62,545 bases of DNA, taken from assembly GCA_027624135.1 (NCBI GenBank), contig JAQBXL010000002.1:1-62545 (forward strand). Direction: 5' to 3'. The notes beneath the pieces were generated by a model. It was not told the DNA's origin, made no database searches, and was given only the letters and a program-made list of their open reading frames with translations. The translations under genes and the position numbers were made by a program. Each line of letters opens with the position of its first letter. The stretch's first letter is position 1. Positions 24,782-34,600 of the stretch are shown one piece after another. The stretch comes from Chloroflexota bacterium. GTDB taxonomy: Bacteria > Chloroflexota > Dehalococcoidia > Lucifugimonadales > UBA3495.

Positions 24782-25009
24782 TTAGCCGTTGCGGCGTGAA
24801 TCCTGGCGAGGGTCTGAAGCCGGATGGAAGATGGAGTCTTCACCGGGGAAGCCTTGGGAAGCAGTTTCGTCTGGGCTATTGCGGAAACGGCCCAGCATTC
24901 CCAACGGTCCGCCGACAATCGCCAGTGCGGCCGCGCCCAAACCCATCTTGGCTAGAAAACTGCGGCGGGTCTGGCCGGGTTTTTGTTCGGGTTCGCTCTT
25001 CTTGGCCAA
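24782..25009 (-). CDS. Small secreted protein with a twin-arginine (Tat) signal, function unknown
   Basis: 75 aa with a TTG start 6 nt after AGGAG. TRRSFLAKMGLGAAALA Tat motif. TAA stop. Confidence 0.55.
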   Translation of the reverse strand: MAKKSEPEQKPGQTRRSFLAKMGLGAAALAIVGGPLGMLGRFRNSPDETASQGFPGEDSIFHPASDPRQDSRRNG

Positions 25010-25117
25010 GTTATTCTCCTATGGCGTCCGCTCTTGCGAACGTGTGTTGCCCCAGGTTGTCCTTGGGACAGCTAGATTGTACAAGACAGGCCGGGATTTG
25101 CAACAGCAGGTTCGGCG

Positions 25118-26458
25118 TCATTTGGCCGGACTTATGCCAGAACCGGCATCATCCAACACCATCTGCGCCACCTGCTTTCCCATGCGAACCGAGTAGTTCG
25201 TGCCCCGGTCTTCGGGGTATATCTGGGTGGTGTTAGCTAGGTACAGACCAGTGAGCGGCGTGCGGTGGTCCGGGATTCCGGCGCCGTAATTGATTCCGAC
25301 GATGGGCTGAGCGCCGTCAACCCGGTGATGATGGTGCTCGATCACCCAGGACCGGTCGAAGTCCGGGTTAATCTTCTGCAGATGGGGCACGAACAGGTCC
25401 ATCAGTTCTTCGGCCGGCATCTTGTAAAGTTCGCTGTCCCGGCTGGGATAATTGCTGATGTATAGGATGTGCTTCCCGCCGTATAGCTTCCGGTCGATCA
25501 GGTTTGTGTGCTCGATCAAGGCGACGAATGGCATATCCGGGTCTGCGATGTTAAGCCAGTATTTGTTGGTGAACTGCCGGTCCAAAACCAGCACCATTAG
25601 AACCGCAGACAGATAGCTGATACCTTCTAACTTGTCCTGGTACTCCTTGGGCATGGGAGGAGCTAACCGCGTGAACACGTAAGACGGCGTGGTGGCAATC
25701 ACAGCGTCGTATCCTCGCCGCTCGGTTTCGGAGCCATCAAGTTGCACTTCCAGAGATGTGGCCGTTCCGTCCGACTCCACGATCTTGCTCACGGAGGCGG
25801 AAGTATGGACGGCGCCGCCCTGCTGGATGATCCGCTGTTCCAGGACATCGATCACCTCGCCGAAGCTGCCCATCGGGTACCCTAGGTGCTCCACCTGCCC
25901 GGCCCCCTTTCTGGATGCCACTCGCAGCGTCACCTTATTCCAGATCCAGGTCATGCCGATCTTGTCGTGGAAATCTCCGAACTTTCCCCGCAGCAGCGGC
26001 TCCCAGATGACCTCGAATCCCTTCTTCCCCATGCGCTTGCTCAGCCAGTCTTTTGCCGTTACGGTCTCGTATTTCCGGTAGTGGCCGGTCTTCTGTAATT
26101 TCAGGGTCCAGAGGCCAACTCTGATGCGCTGAAGGAAGGACAATGGTTTGAACCTCAGAAGGTCCATCGGGCTGGCGAAATCCCAGACTCTGCCGCCGTG
26201 ATAGAAACCGACGCTGGATTCGAGCCATTCAAGCTTGCCGCCCAAGCCTAGTTCGTGGATCAACTCGGTGATGTCGGTATCGCTGACGAAGAGGTGATGG
26301 TAGCCCCGCTCCAACCGTCCGCCAAATACGTCGAAGGTGGACGCCTGTCCTCCCAGGAAGGGAGCTTGCTCGAACACCTCGGCGAAATGCCCTTCTTTGG
26401 TCAGATGATAGGCGGCGGCCAGCCCGGCTACGCCCCCGCCGATGATGCCCACGCGCAT
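25118..26458 (-). CDS. NAD(P)/FAD-dependent oxidoreductase (amine oxidase / phytoene desaturase superfamily)
   Basis: 446 aa. MRVGIIGGGVAGLAAAYHL dinucleotide-binding motif. ATGA start/stop overlap with the upstream gene. Confidence 0.8.
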   Translation of the reverse strand: MRVGIIGGGVAGLAAAYHLTKEGHFAEVFEQAPFLGGQASTFDVFGGRLERGYHHLFVSDTDITELIHELGLGGKLEWLESSVGFYHGGRVWDFASPMDLLRFKPLSFLQRIRVGLWTLKLQKTGHYRKYETVTAKDWLSKRMGKKGFEVIWEPLLRGKFGDFHDKIGMTWIWNKVTLRVASRKGAGQVEHLGYPMGSFGEVIDVLEQRIIQQGGAVHTSASVSKIVESDGTATSLEVQLDGSETERRGYDAVIATTPSYVFTRLAPPMPKEYQDKLEGISYLSAVLMVLVLDRQFTNKYWLNIADPDMPFVALIEHTNLIDRKLYGGKHILYISNYPSRDSELYKMPAEELMDLFVPHLQKINPDFDRSWVIEHHHHRVDGAQPIVGINYGAGIPDHRTPLTGLYLANTTQIYPEDRGTNYSVRMGKQVAQMVLDDAGSGISPAK

Positions 26459-27531
26459 CAGCTAAGTTCCCCTGTCGGTTCAATGGCTCGACCGCTGGTC
26501 CCGCGGCTGGCCGTTATCTCCCGGAGTGACAGGTCGTTTTTCCATAGGAGGGCCAGGCCGACCAGGTTGACCGGCAGCCAAAGGGCGATCAGGTGGACGA
26601 ACCCGCTATAAGCCAGCGCCAGCTCTCCGCCCACGCCCAGGGCAATCAGTGTCTTCTGGGCGACAACCTCGAAGGGGCCGATGCCGCCGATGGCGCTTGG
26701 TATGGACGTTGCCAGGTTGGACGTTGCAGTCAACAGCAGTACCACCAGGATTAAGACCCACACCGAATCGAAGTGTTCATCGATGCCAAAGGAGTAGGCC
26801 AGCATGAAATACATGGAGCCTTCGAGCAACCAGACAGGCAGCGAGTAGATGAATAGCGCCAGGTGTTTGCCGGGTGAATTCAACACCGCTAGCCCAGCCA
26901 CGAACGTCCTGAAGAGTTCCTTTACCTTGGGCCGGAGGCCTGGAGGAACGATGTTTAAGCAGCCTTCGAGCCGGTTGGCGAAGGACGCGGAGCTTCCGAG
27001 CAGGGTGAACAGCGCCAAGAATACGGAAAACGCAAATACGGTCCCGGCCAGAATCAACAGCCCGGTGGTGCGCGAAACATCGACTGTGCCGTCAAATTCT
27101 CCCAGTAGCAGCAACCAAGGCGCGGATAATGCGGCGAAAGCCAGCAGGGTTATCCCATCGTAGATACGTTCTACGGCGATGGTCGCCAGGGCCGAACCGG
27201 TGTTTATATTCTCCTGGCGGGCCAGAAAGTAGGAGCGGACGACCTCGCCCAACCGGACGGGCAGGAGATTGTTGGCCATGTAACCGATGATCACCACCGG
27301 GTAGAGCCGCCGCACCGGGATGCTCCCCATGGGCGCGAGCAGGTAACGCCACCTAGTGGCGCGGAACCAAACGGCAACGAAATAGATGGCGATAGACGGC
27401 GCCAACAGAGAGTAATTGGCGTCCTGAAGGGCGTTTTTAAGCTCTCCCAGGTCCACCTGGTACAACAGTAGAAGCAGCAAAGCGACACTGACAGCGCCGC
27501 CCAACCAGAACTGCCATTTCTTGGTGATCAA
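26458..27531 (-). CDS. UPF0104 / lysylphosphatidylglycerol-synthase-TM-region (flippase-like) membrane protein
   Basis: 357 aa, polytopic. WRYLL...MANNLLPVRLGEVVR motif typical of the family. Confidence 0.7.
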   Translation of the reverse strand: MITKKWQFWLGGAVSVALLLLLLYQVDLGELKNALQDANYSLLAPSIAIYFVAVWFRATRWRYLLAPMGSIPVRRLYPVVIIGYMANNLLPVRLGEVVRSYFLARQENINTGSALATIAVERIYDGITLLAFAALSAPWLLLLGEFDGTVDVSRTTGLLILAGTVFAFSVFLALFTLLGSSASFANRLEGCLNIVPPGLRPKVKELFRTFVAGLAVLNSPGKHLALFIYSLPVWLLEGSMYFMLAYSFGIDEHFDSVWVLILVVLLLTATSNLATSIPSAIGGIGPFEVVAQKTLIALGVGGELALAYSGFVHLIALWLPVNLVGLALLWKNDLSLREITASRGTSGRAIEPTGELS

Positions 27532-27607
27532 CTACCGTGTCCTTCTGATCCTTGTTCCCTGACTTGGAGACTATTCTGGCTTAATACGAGACCAGCCGCA
27601 AACCCAC

Positions 27608-30304
27608 TCATTCTGTTCGCTGTGTAAAGGTATAGTAGTTACCGTTGTACCAGTCCGGCTTCAGGTCCCGGAATATCCAATAATCCAAGACGTTGCGCCA
27701 GGTTTCCCTGCTGCCCGCCACGTCTTTGAAGAATCCCCAGTCCTGTTTTAGCTCATCCTTCCATGGTTCGTCTTGGCGACCTTCACCAGGTCGGCGGTAG
27801 GTCTCGGGAAACCAGAGCAAACTACGCAGCGCCTCGCTCTTCTCGTATCCTGCCAACTCAGCGCCGTTCCGGTCGGCGTGGGCTGAGGTCAGCAGCAGAG
27901 CCGCTGGTTTGTACGCGTCATCGGCCGGTGATTCAGCCAGAGAATTACAGCCGTCGTTCCAGCCGTCGTCGGACTCAGCTTTGAAGCAGGTAAATCGCAG
28001 GAGTCCACCTGATTCGGCGTTCCGCACGTACCACTGGAACGGGTACCAGATATCATAGTCCACCTCCACCGCGCGACGCTGTCCGTCCGGGTCCTCTTGC
28101 TGTCCTACGGAAAACACCTCAGCGTCCAGGGAGGCAAAAGTCTCCTTCAGGTCGGAACCGCCTTGGGCATAGACGAGTATCTCGCGGTTCGAATCATCGA
28201 AGGTGTAGCCGGCTCGGAATGCGCTCCAGGTTCCGAACCCCAACAGCAGAGCAGCCAGACCCAACGCGGCAAGAGCCTCGCCCCTGGCAGGAGACGTTAG
28301 ACGTATCAGATAAGCAGTGGCGGCCAAAATTACCGCCGAACATGCCAGCACCGTCCAGTGCCCGGAGGTCAGACTGCCCTCTCCACCGGTGTAGGCGTAC
28401 AGGAAGAATAATCCTCCGAGGACTGACACGGGCGCTAGGAAGAACGGCACCGCTGCCCCCATTGGCAGCGCTTGCTTCCAGCGTACCGACTCGGCCAACT
28501 CCCCGAGGAATTTGGCCGACACGAAGATCAAAGGCAGGGTGATGTTCACCAGCAGCCAGGGCATCTTCTCGCTGGCCACGGTGTAGGCCAAGAAGGTTAT
28601 TGCGGCCCACAGGGTCAGAAACAGGCCCAAAACATCGCCCCGTTTGAGGAAATAGGCCGCCCCTGCGATGCCGAAGACCAGCGGGAGCAACTCGTAGACC
28701 GGCAGGCCCACGAAATAGTAGTACCAAGGCTGATTGCCCCTGGCGACGTCCTGCTGGGCGACCCAGTAGCCCATGCCCTGCCAGGAACCGCTGAACACTC
28801 CAGCGAGATTGGTGAAGAGAGTCGTGTACAGGGCAGCCCAGATGAAGTAGAAGATACCGGCGCAGATCAACCAGGCGTTGCCCAGCCAGCGCAATCCCAG
28901 GACGACAGACAGGATGATAGCGCCGGATAGGACACCCAAGGCAACCACGTAATTCACGGGCAGGCCAGCTGAGGCGGCTCCGACCGTCACCCCGCTCGGC
29001 AGTATCCCGTTCACCACTGCCTCTAGGTCCAGCGCCGGTGTGAACAGGATCGCGTACAGAGCCGTCACAAAGGCCGGAAGAAACAACAACAGGCCGTTAC
29101 GCTGGAGGGAATAGCGATGGTACACCAGTGCGGATATCCCCCCGACTATCAGGAGGATCGCCAGCGTCAGGTCGATTACCGGCACCCGTCCCGTCTGGAC
29201 CGCGTCTGCGATCGGGCGGTAGAGCAGAAAAGCGATTCCTGCGGCCATCGCCAACGGAACTCCGGCGAGGCAGATGATCCGCTTCGGCGTTATGGGACCC
29301 TTCGAGAGCAGCCAGGCCAATATTGCCAGGCCCAAGACAACCGCTAAGACATGTATACCAAGGGGAAGGTCCTGCACCGGCAGCAGCAGAGTGCTACCCT
29401 CCCAGGCCGGGGCGCCCACCAGTCCATCCGAGCCGTCCACGTTCGGCACGTTCCGGCCAGTCTGCGGGTCCGGGTTGGCCAATGTCAGCCCCAAAGGCTC
29501 TAGAAACAAAGCTGAGAGAGCCGACCATTGGGGCAAACTGATGGTCGTCAGCAGGAGGAAGAACCCGGCGGGGCGTCCCACCTGAGACAGCTTGATACGG
29601 CCCAGCGCCCAAGGAGCCACATCGCTTACGGACAGCACCAATAGAAGCAGTCCGAACACCGCCACCACCAAGTACGCTGTTTCTTTGGTGGCGAACATCA
29701 GGGCCAAGAGCGCGGATGCCAGGTAGAGGTACCGGCGATGTCCCTCATTTATGTAGCGCCACATCACCACCAGTAAGGACGCCGCGAAGAAAGCCATTAT
29801 GATGTCGTTGCGCCCGAAACGGCTGAAGTATAGGAGTGTCGGTGACAAGGTCAGCATCACGGCCGCCAGGAAGGCCCCGTAGCGGCCCAGGTAGTCTCTG
29901 AAGAAGTAGGGAACTGCGACTAACGCCGTGCCAAAGAGCACGTAACCCAGTCGGGCGGTCACCTCGGTGTCGCCGAAGATGCGGAACATCACAGCGGTGA
30001 ACTCGATCTGGAACGGGCCGTGCATCCAGGGTGAATGCAGGTAGTCGCTGCCAAATATCCAGGGCCAGCCCAGGTAGCCGCCGCTACTCTCCGACAGACG
30101 CCAGGCGAAGTGCAGGTGGATGGCCTCGTCGTAGTGCATGGTGCGGCCGCCCAACTCCCAAAGACGCATGACCAATGCCACTATGATTACGGCTAAAAAC
30201 CCGGCTTCGAACCAACCAAAGGTGCGGACGGTCCATAGCCCAGTTATGACTGCTTTAGGTGAGGGGGCCGTTTTTATCCAGCCCGGCGTTCTCTTGCTGA
30301 TCAA
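27608..30304 (-). CDS. TIGR03663-type GT-C (PMT/ArnT-like) membrane glycosyltransferase family protein
   Basis: 898 aa, highly hydrophobic. MHYDEAIHLHFAW first-loop DE motif. TTGA overlap with the upstream YYY-domain gene. Confidence 0.7.
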   Translation of the reverse strand: MISKRTPGWIKTAPSPKAVITGLWTVRTFGWFEAGFLAVIIVALVMRLWELGGRTMHYDEAIHLHFAWRLSESSGGYLGWPWIFGSDYLHSPWMHGPFQIEFTAVMFRIFGDTEVTARLGYVLFGTALVAVPYFFRDYLGRYGAFLAAVMLTLSPTLLYFSRFGRNDIIMAFFAASLLVVMWRYINEGHRRYLYLASALLALMFATKETAYLVVAVFGLLLLVLSVSDVAPWALGRIKLSQVGRPAGFFLLLTTISLPQWSALSALFLEPLGLTLANPDPQTGRNVPNVDGSDGLVGAPAWEGSTLLLPVQDLPLGIHVLAVVLGLAILAWLLSKGPITPKRIICLAGVPLAMAAGIAFLLYRPIADAVQTGRVPVIDLTLAILLIVGGISALVYHRYSLQRNGLLLFLPAFVTALYAILFTPALDLEAVVNGILPSGVTVGAASAGLPVNYVVALGVLSGAIILSVVLGLRWLGNAWLICAGIFYFIWAALYTTLFTNLAGVFSGSWQGMGYWVAQQDVARGNQPWYYYFVGLPVYELLPLVFGIAGAAYFLKRGDVLGLFLTLWAAITFLAYTVASEKMPWLLVNITLPLIFVSAKFLGELAESVRWKQALPMGAAVPFFLAPVSVLGGLFFLYAYTGGEGSLTSGHWTVLACSAVILAATAYLIRLTSPARGEALAALGLAALLLGFGTWSAFRAGYTFDDSNREILVYAQGGSDLKETFASLDAEVFSVGQQEDPDGQRRAVEVDYDIWYPFQWYVRNAESGGLLRFTCFKAESDDGWNDGCNSLAESPADDAYKPAALLLTSAHADRNGAELAGYEKSEALRSLLWFPETYRRPGEGRQDEPWKDELKQDWGFFKDVAGSRETWRNVLDYWIFRDLKPDWYNGNYYTFTQRTE

Positions 30305-32721
30305 TTGTTCTCGGCCGGTGATTCGATCATCTCGTAGATTATTACGCCGTCCTGCTGAAAGGCGGTTCTCAGGAACTCACTGAAGTCCGTGAAGTCCGTC
30401 AGTTTTTCAGCCCCGTAGGTACTTCGTTCCCTGGAGCCCAGGTAAACGTAGCGCACATCGTAGGCGTTCAGCAACCGGCGCACTTCCTGGGGGTCGCCGC
30501 TGTTGTAGATGGCCTTCACGTCATCTTCCCGGCCCTGGAAGGATGCGCTTGAACTGCGCCACTGAAGTTCGTGACCCTTCCAACCCAAGATGGTCGGCAG
30601 TCCGGTGCTGGATGATATCCGGGCAAATTCAGAGTAATCGTTGCCCACTGCCTCCACCATCCTGCCCCAGGGGGCCTCGTCCCTCAACCATTGGATGGCA
30701 GCGTATTCTCCCGGCGCTGACGGTTGTAGAAAGGCCAACCCGTCCAGAGTGTTGTCAGACACCGTGTGACCCTCACGAAGTATTCCGGTGCGGTCGAGTA
30801 CCGCTCCTACTGGGTAATAGAGAGACGCCACCAGCAACACAACTGCGGTCCCGGCCCATATAAACCGGCCTGCACGCAAGAACCGGTCCAGACGCAGGGA
30901 GTGTTGGAGGGAGTGTTGGATCGAAGAACGGACCGACCATAGGTAATACAAGCCGTAAGCGCCGACGATTCCCAGTAGGAACCAGGCTTGATAGTAAGTT
31001 TTGAAGACTGTGTTCATACGCCGGAAGCCGCCGCCGAACTGGTCGGCCACGTAAAATAGCTCGGCCCCTACCAACAATAAGATGGCCAACGCTGCCAGCA
31101 GCAGGGGGAATACCGCTACTGGCTCCAGTTTTAGCCTGGCGCGTTGCATGGCGCTGAACCCGGCCAGAGCCACCAAAGCCAGCCCGGGTATAACCAGTAT
31201 TGCCCGCCCGCCAATCTCCCCAAAGGCGGCTCCGGCGCCGTCATCGATCCAGGTTACGATGAACGCCACCCCGATCCAGACCAAGAACGGCGTTGATGTT
31301 ACGACCATCATCAAGATTGCCGCCGAATTATCGACATCAGATGGTCGAACGAGACTCGGGAGCTGGCGGAACAAGAACGAGACGGCCAGGAAGATCAATG
31401 GCCCCATGACCAAGAACAACAAGAAGGGTCTGGTGTTCACTTCCCGCAGCGGCAAAATGCCCGACGTCTGCGCTTCGAAACCGCTGTAGAACGGCAGGAA
31501 CATGGCCACGGCCAGCACCAAGATGGGCACGATTGTCATGGCGGCGTCCAGGGCCGCTCTTGTCAGGTTTCCGCCCTGGTCCCCGTAGGCTTTGACCAGC
31601 GCCACCGCGACCAGCATCGCCGCGATCACAGGCAGGTCCCAGAGGTTGATGAAGGCCAAAGAACCGATGAACAGTGCGATGGCCGCCGATTCCACCGGGT
31701 TGTCTTTCAACCAGTTCAGACCCAGCCTTCCCGTGGACAGGTAGATATTTAGGCACAGGCCCAGGCCCAAAATGACGAATGGCAGGCTCATCACGTGGGG
31801 GTGCAAGTCGCCAAGGATGTAGCTGAATATGGGAAATTCGGTGATGGTGTAATCCAGGCTCTGGCCGCCGGACAGAGTGTCGATCAAGCGGCTGGCCCGG
31901 AACCACCACCACTGACCGTCAGGGAAGGCCCCAGAGCCGGTATTCGCACCCTCCAAGCCTTTGATGCCGACCCATTCCCAGAATCCGCTGCCGGCCCATC
32001 CTCGGAGATGGACGAACTCCATCGCGCCTTCCAGATTTCCGGCTAGGATTATCAACAGGGGGGCCGTTCCGCCGAATATGATGCCGGCTCTTAAGCTCCC
32101 TCCTGACAGGCGGACCAGGTTGTAGACCAGCCCGAAGGCGCCCATAGCCACCAACGCTGGAACCAAAGCAACGCTCAAGTTGTAGCCCACGCTGGACGCG
32201 ACGCCGGTGAATTGGGTCAGGAAAGCCATCATGAAATGGCCGAAATAGTAATAGCTGATGGAGTATCCTGACAGCCAAGGGTCTTCAGGGGGGAAGAATC
32301 GGCTCTGGAGCACCGCGTTCATGAATCCGAAATCCATGGGCTTTTCGGTGTGGTTGATCGCGGGAACCTCGGAGATTATCCCCAGCCACATCAAGAAGAA
32401 TCCGATGAACAGGACCTCGGCGGCCACCAACATCGGCCAACTTTGGCGTACGAAGCCCTTGATCTCCGCGAGGAACCGGCGCAGCAGAAAGCCGCTGGGG
32501 ATGGCGGCGACGACTAGAATGATAACGATGGTTAACTGAGTGTTGGGTGCGATGTGGGTCAGGCCCAAGACCCAGAGGATGTAGGAGAAAAACACCATGG
32601 CCGCCGGCATGGCCAGGGTGAAACCGCGGTCGGGCAGCCGCCTAAACAGCACGAAGGCTGCGGGAAGGGCCAGTACACCCATACCCTTGACGGCGGCAAA
32701 CCAGATCAGCGAGTCTAGCAA
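30301..32721 (-). CDS. DUF2298 / Chlor_Arch_YYY-domain (TIGR03662) integral membrane protein
   Basis: 806 aa, polytopic. Diagnostic SISYYYFGHFMMAF motif. Confidence 0.75.
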   Translation of the reverse strand: MLDSLIWFAAVKGMGVLALPAAFVLFRRLPDRGFTLAMPAAMVFFSYILWVLGLTHIAPNTQLTIVIILVVAAIPSGFLLRRFLAEIKGFVRQSWPMLVAAEVLFIGFFLMWLGIISEVPAINHTEKPMDFGFMNAVLQSRFFPPEDPWLSGYSISYYYFGHFMMAFLTQFTGVASSVGYNLSVALVPALVAMGAFGLVYNLVRLSGGSLRAGIIFGGTAPLLIILAGNLEGAMEFVHLRGWAGSGFWEWVGIKGLEGANTGSGAFPDGQWWWFRASRLIDTLSGGQSLDYTITEFPIFSYILGDLHPHVMSLPFVILGLGLCLNIYLSTGRLGLNWLKDNPVESAAIALFIGSLAFINLWDLPVIAAMLVAVALVKAYGDQGGNLTRAALDAAMTIVPILVLAVAMFLPFYSGFEAQTSGILPLREVNTRPFLLFLVMGPLIFLAVSFLFRQLPSLVRPSDVDNSAAILMMVVTSTPFLVWIGVAFIVTWIDDGAGAAFGEIGGRAILVIPGLALVALAGFSAMQRARLKLEPVAVFPLLLAALAILLLVGAELFYVADQFGGGFRRMNTVFKTYYQAWFLLGIVGAYGLYYLWSVRSSIQHSLQHSLRLDRFLRAGRFIWAGTAVVLLVASLYYPVGAVLDRTGILREGHTVSDNTLDGLAFLQPSAPGEYAAIQWLRDEAPWGRMVEAVGNDYSEFARISSSTGLPTILGWKGHELQWRSSSASFQGREDDVKAIYNSGDPQEVRRLLNAYDVRYVYLGSRERSTYGAEKLTDFTDFSEFLRTAFQQDGVIIYEMIESPAENN

Positions 32722-32734
32722 GGGTTACCTGATC

Positions 32735-32764
32735 GGGCTTGGGCTTGGGCTTGGGCTTGGGCTT
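32735..32764. repeat. Hexanucleotide microsatellite (GGGCTT)x5
   Basis: Five perfect tandem copies, 14 nt upstream of the YYY-domain gene start (minus strand). Confidence 0.95.
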
Positions 32765-32806
32765 GAAATGAAGAAGTCCTGGCTGGAGCTGATCGGGTTA
32801 AATCGC

Positions 32807-33763
32807 TTAGGAAACGGGCGCCAGCAGAGATTCCACGAAGTCCCGAGAGTCGAATGGCGCCAGGTCGGTCACGGTTTCGCCGGTGCCAATGAACAGGATC
32901 GGCATCTGAAGTTCCTGCTGGATGGCAAGAACGATGCCGCCCCGGGCTGTTCCGTCCAATTTGGCGAGGAAAATGCCGGTACAATTTACTGCTTCCTTGA
33001 AAGCTTTGGCTTGGGCCAAGCCGTTGAGGCCGGTCGTGGCGTCTAGGGTCAAGATCACCTGATGGGGCGCCTTGGGTTCCAGCCGGGCCAAAACCCGGTG
33101 GACCTTGCGCAATTCCTCCATCAGGTTGGACTTGGTATGGAGCCTGCCGGCAGTGTCGACGATCAACACGTCCGCGCCTCTGGCCTTGGCCGCCATGTAG
33201 GCGTCGTAGGCGACTGCACCGGGGTCGGCCCCCGATTCGTGTCTAATAACATCTACGCCGATCTGTTTCCCCAGAATCTCCAATTGCTCGGCGGCAGCGG
33301 CCCTGAACGTGTCTGCCGCGCCCAGCATCACCTTCTTCCCCTCTGCGGTGAAATGGTGGGCCAGCTTGGCGATGCTGGTGGTTTTGCCCACTCCATTGAC
33401 GCCCACCATCAGTATCACATACGGCCCGTTCACCGCAGTCTCATCCATCCAGAGAGATTCGGCGTTTTCAGACTCCATGCTGGACATCAAGTTCTCTTTC
33501 AACGACTCGAATACCTCATCGCCCGACTCTAGCCGCCGTTCCTTAACGGTGGCTTTCAAGTCTTCGATGATGCGCAGAGATGTTTCCACTCCAACGTCAG
33601 AGGAGATCAATATCTCTTCCAACTCCTCCCAGAGCGAGTCGTCCAGCTTGGAAGAGCGGAGCACATTGAGGATACGTCCGAACCACCGCTCACGGCTGGG
33701 TTTCACGGCGTCCTGGGTGTGTTCCAGGTTCTCCTGGCGGTTACGTTTGAAAAATCGGAGCAT
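32807..33763 (-). CDS. ftsY: Signal recognition particle receptor FtsY
   Basis: 318 aa. GVNGVGKTTSIAKLA and DTAGR SRP-GTPase motifs. Confidence 0.95.
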   Translation of the reverse strand: MLRFFKRNRQENLEHTQDAVKPSRERWFGRILNVLRSSKLDDSLWEELEEILISSDVGVETSLRIIEDLKATVKERRLESGDEVFESLKENLMSSMESENAESLWMDETAVNGPYVILMVGVNGVGKTTSIAKLAHHFTAEGKKVMLGAADTFRAAAAEQLEILGKQIGVDVIRHESGADPGAVAYDAYMAAKARGADVLIVDTAGRLHTKSNLMEELRKVHRVLARLEPKAPHQVILTLDATTGLNGLAQAKAFKEAVNCTGIFLAKLDGTARGGIVLAIQQELQMPILFIGTGETVTDLAPFDSRDFVESLLAPVS

Positions 33764-33876
33764 CTATCGTCCTATGACGTCCTGAGACCGAATAATACCA
33801 GGCCGGATTAAGCCGGCAGGAGGGCCAAGTCTTGATGATCATCTTGTATCTTGGAGGCGGCGCGATCGGATGGAAT

Positions 33877-34548
33877 CTACGGGTTTCCAGACAATGCGGT
33901 CAAAGCAGCCTCGGCTGCGGCGCCTTCGGCATCAGATTTCTTGCCGCCAATGCCTGAGCCAACAACCTCGCCGTCTACCATGACCTCTACCGTAAACACG
34001 GGCCCGTGATCTGGTCCTTCACTGCTAACCAAGCGGTATACGGGCGGATTCAACCCTCGTCCTTGGACAATCTCTTGGAGCGTGGATTTGGGGTTCTCCG
34101 GTGGTCTGCCGGTCCTCTCGACTTGGGTTAGTTCCGCATCGAATAGACCGATTATGAACCGGCGGGTGAACTCGTTGCCCTGGTCCAAATAAACCGCTGC
34201 GACAAGAGCCTCAAAGGCGGCAGCCAAAATCGAGTCCTGGTGTCGTCCATTAGTGGAATCGACACCCTTACCCACTAGTAGTCGATTCCCCAGGTCAATA
34301 CGGCGGGCGATCCGCGCTAGGGTTTCACCCCGGACCAAAGAGGAACGGCTCTTGGTCAAATCGCCTTCGGCGGCGTCGGGAAGACGGCGGTAGAGCTCTG
34401 TGGAGATGGCAAGTTCCAACACAGCGTCGCCCAGGAATTCTAGCCGTTCGTATGACTCAGATGGGTCCAGGTCGTTCTCGTTGCAATAGGAACTGTGCAC
34501 TAATGCCAGACGCAACAGGCTGGGGTCTTTGAAGGAGAACCCCAGCAC
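33877..34548 (-). CDS. rnc: Ribonuclease III
   Basis: 223 aa. ERLEFLGDAVLEL signature and a C-terminal dsRBD. The GTG start is uncertain: upstream in-frame residues look conserved, but no canonical start is present. Confidence 0.92.
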   Translation of the reverse strand: MLGFSFKDPSLLRLALVHSSYCNENDLDPSESYERLEFLGDAVLELAISTELYRRLPDAAEGDLTKSRSSLVRGETLARIARRIDLGNRLLVGKGVDSTNGRHQDSILAAAFEALVAAVYLDQGNEFTRRFIIGLFDAELTQVERTGRPPENPKSTLQEIVQGRGLNPPVYRLVSSEGPDHGPVFTVEVMVDGEVVGSGIGGKKSDAEGAAAEAALTALSGNP

Positions 34549-34600
34549 TGTTTGAAGAGCTTTGACCGAATCTTGGGAATTTATGGCGGCGACGATGTCC

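Noticed and set aside
25009-25120. Possible read-through of the TGA stop of the FAD oxidoreductase (25118-25120) into the downstream Tat-signal ORF.
   Set aside because: The in-frame continuation (RRTCCCKSRPVLYNLAVPRTTWGNTRSQERTP) is non-conserved-looking and hits TAG before the next gene. The small ORF has its own RBS and TTG start.
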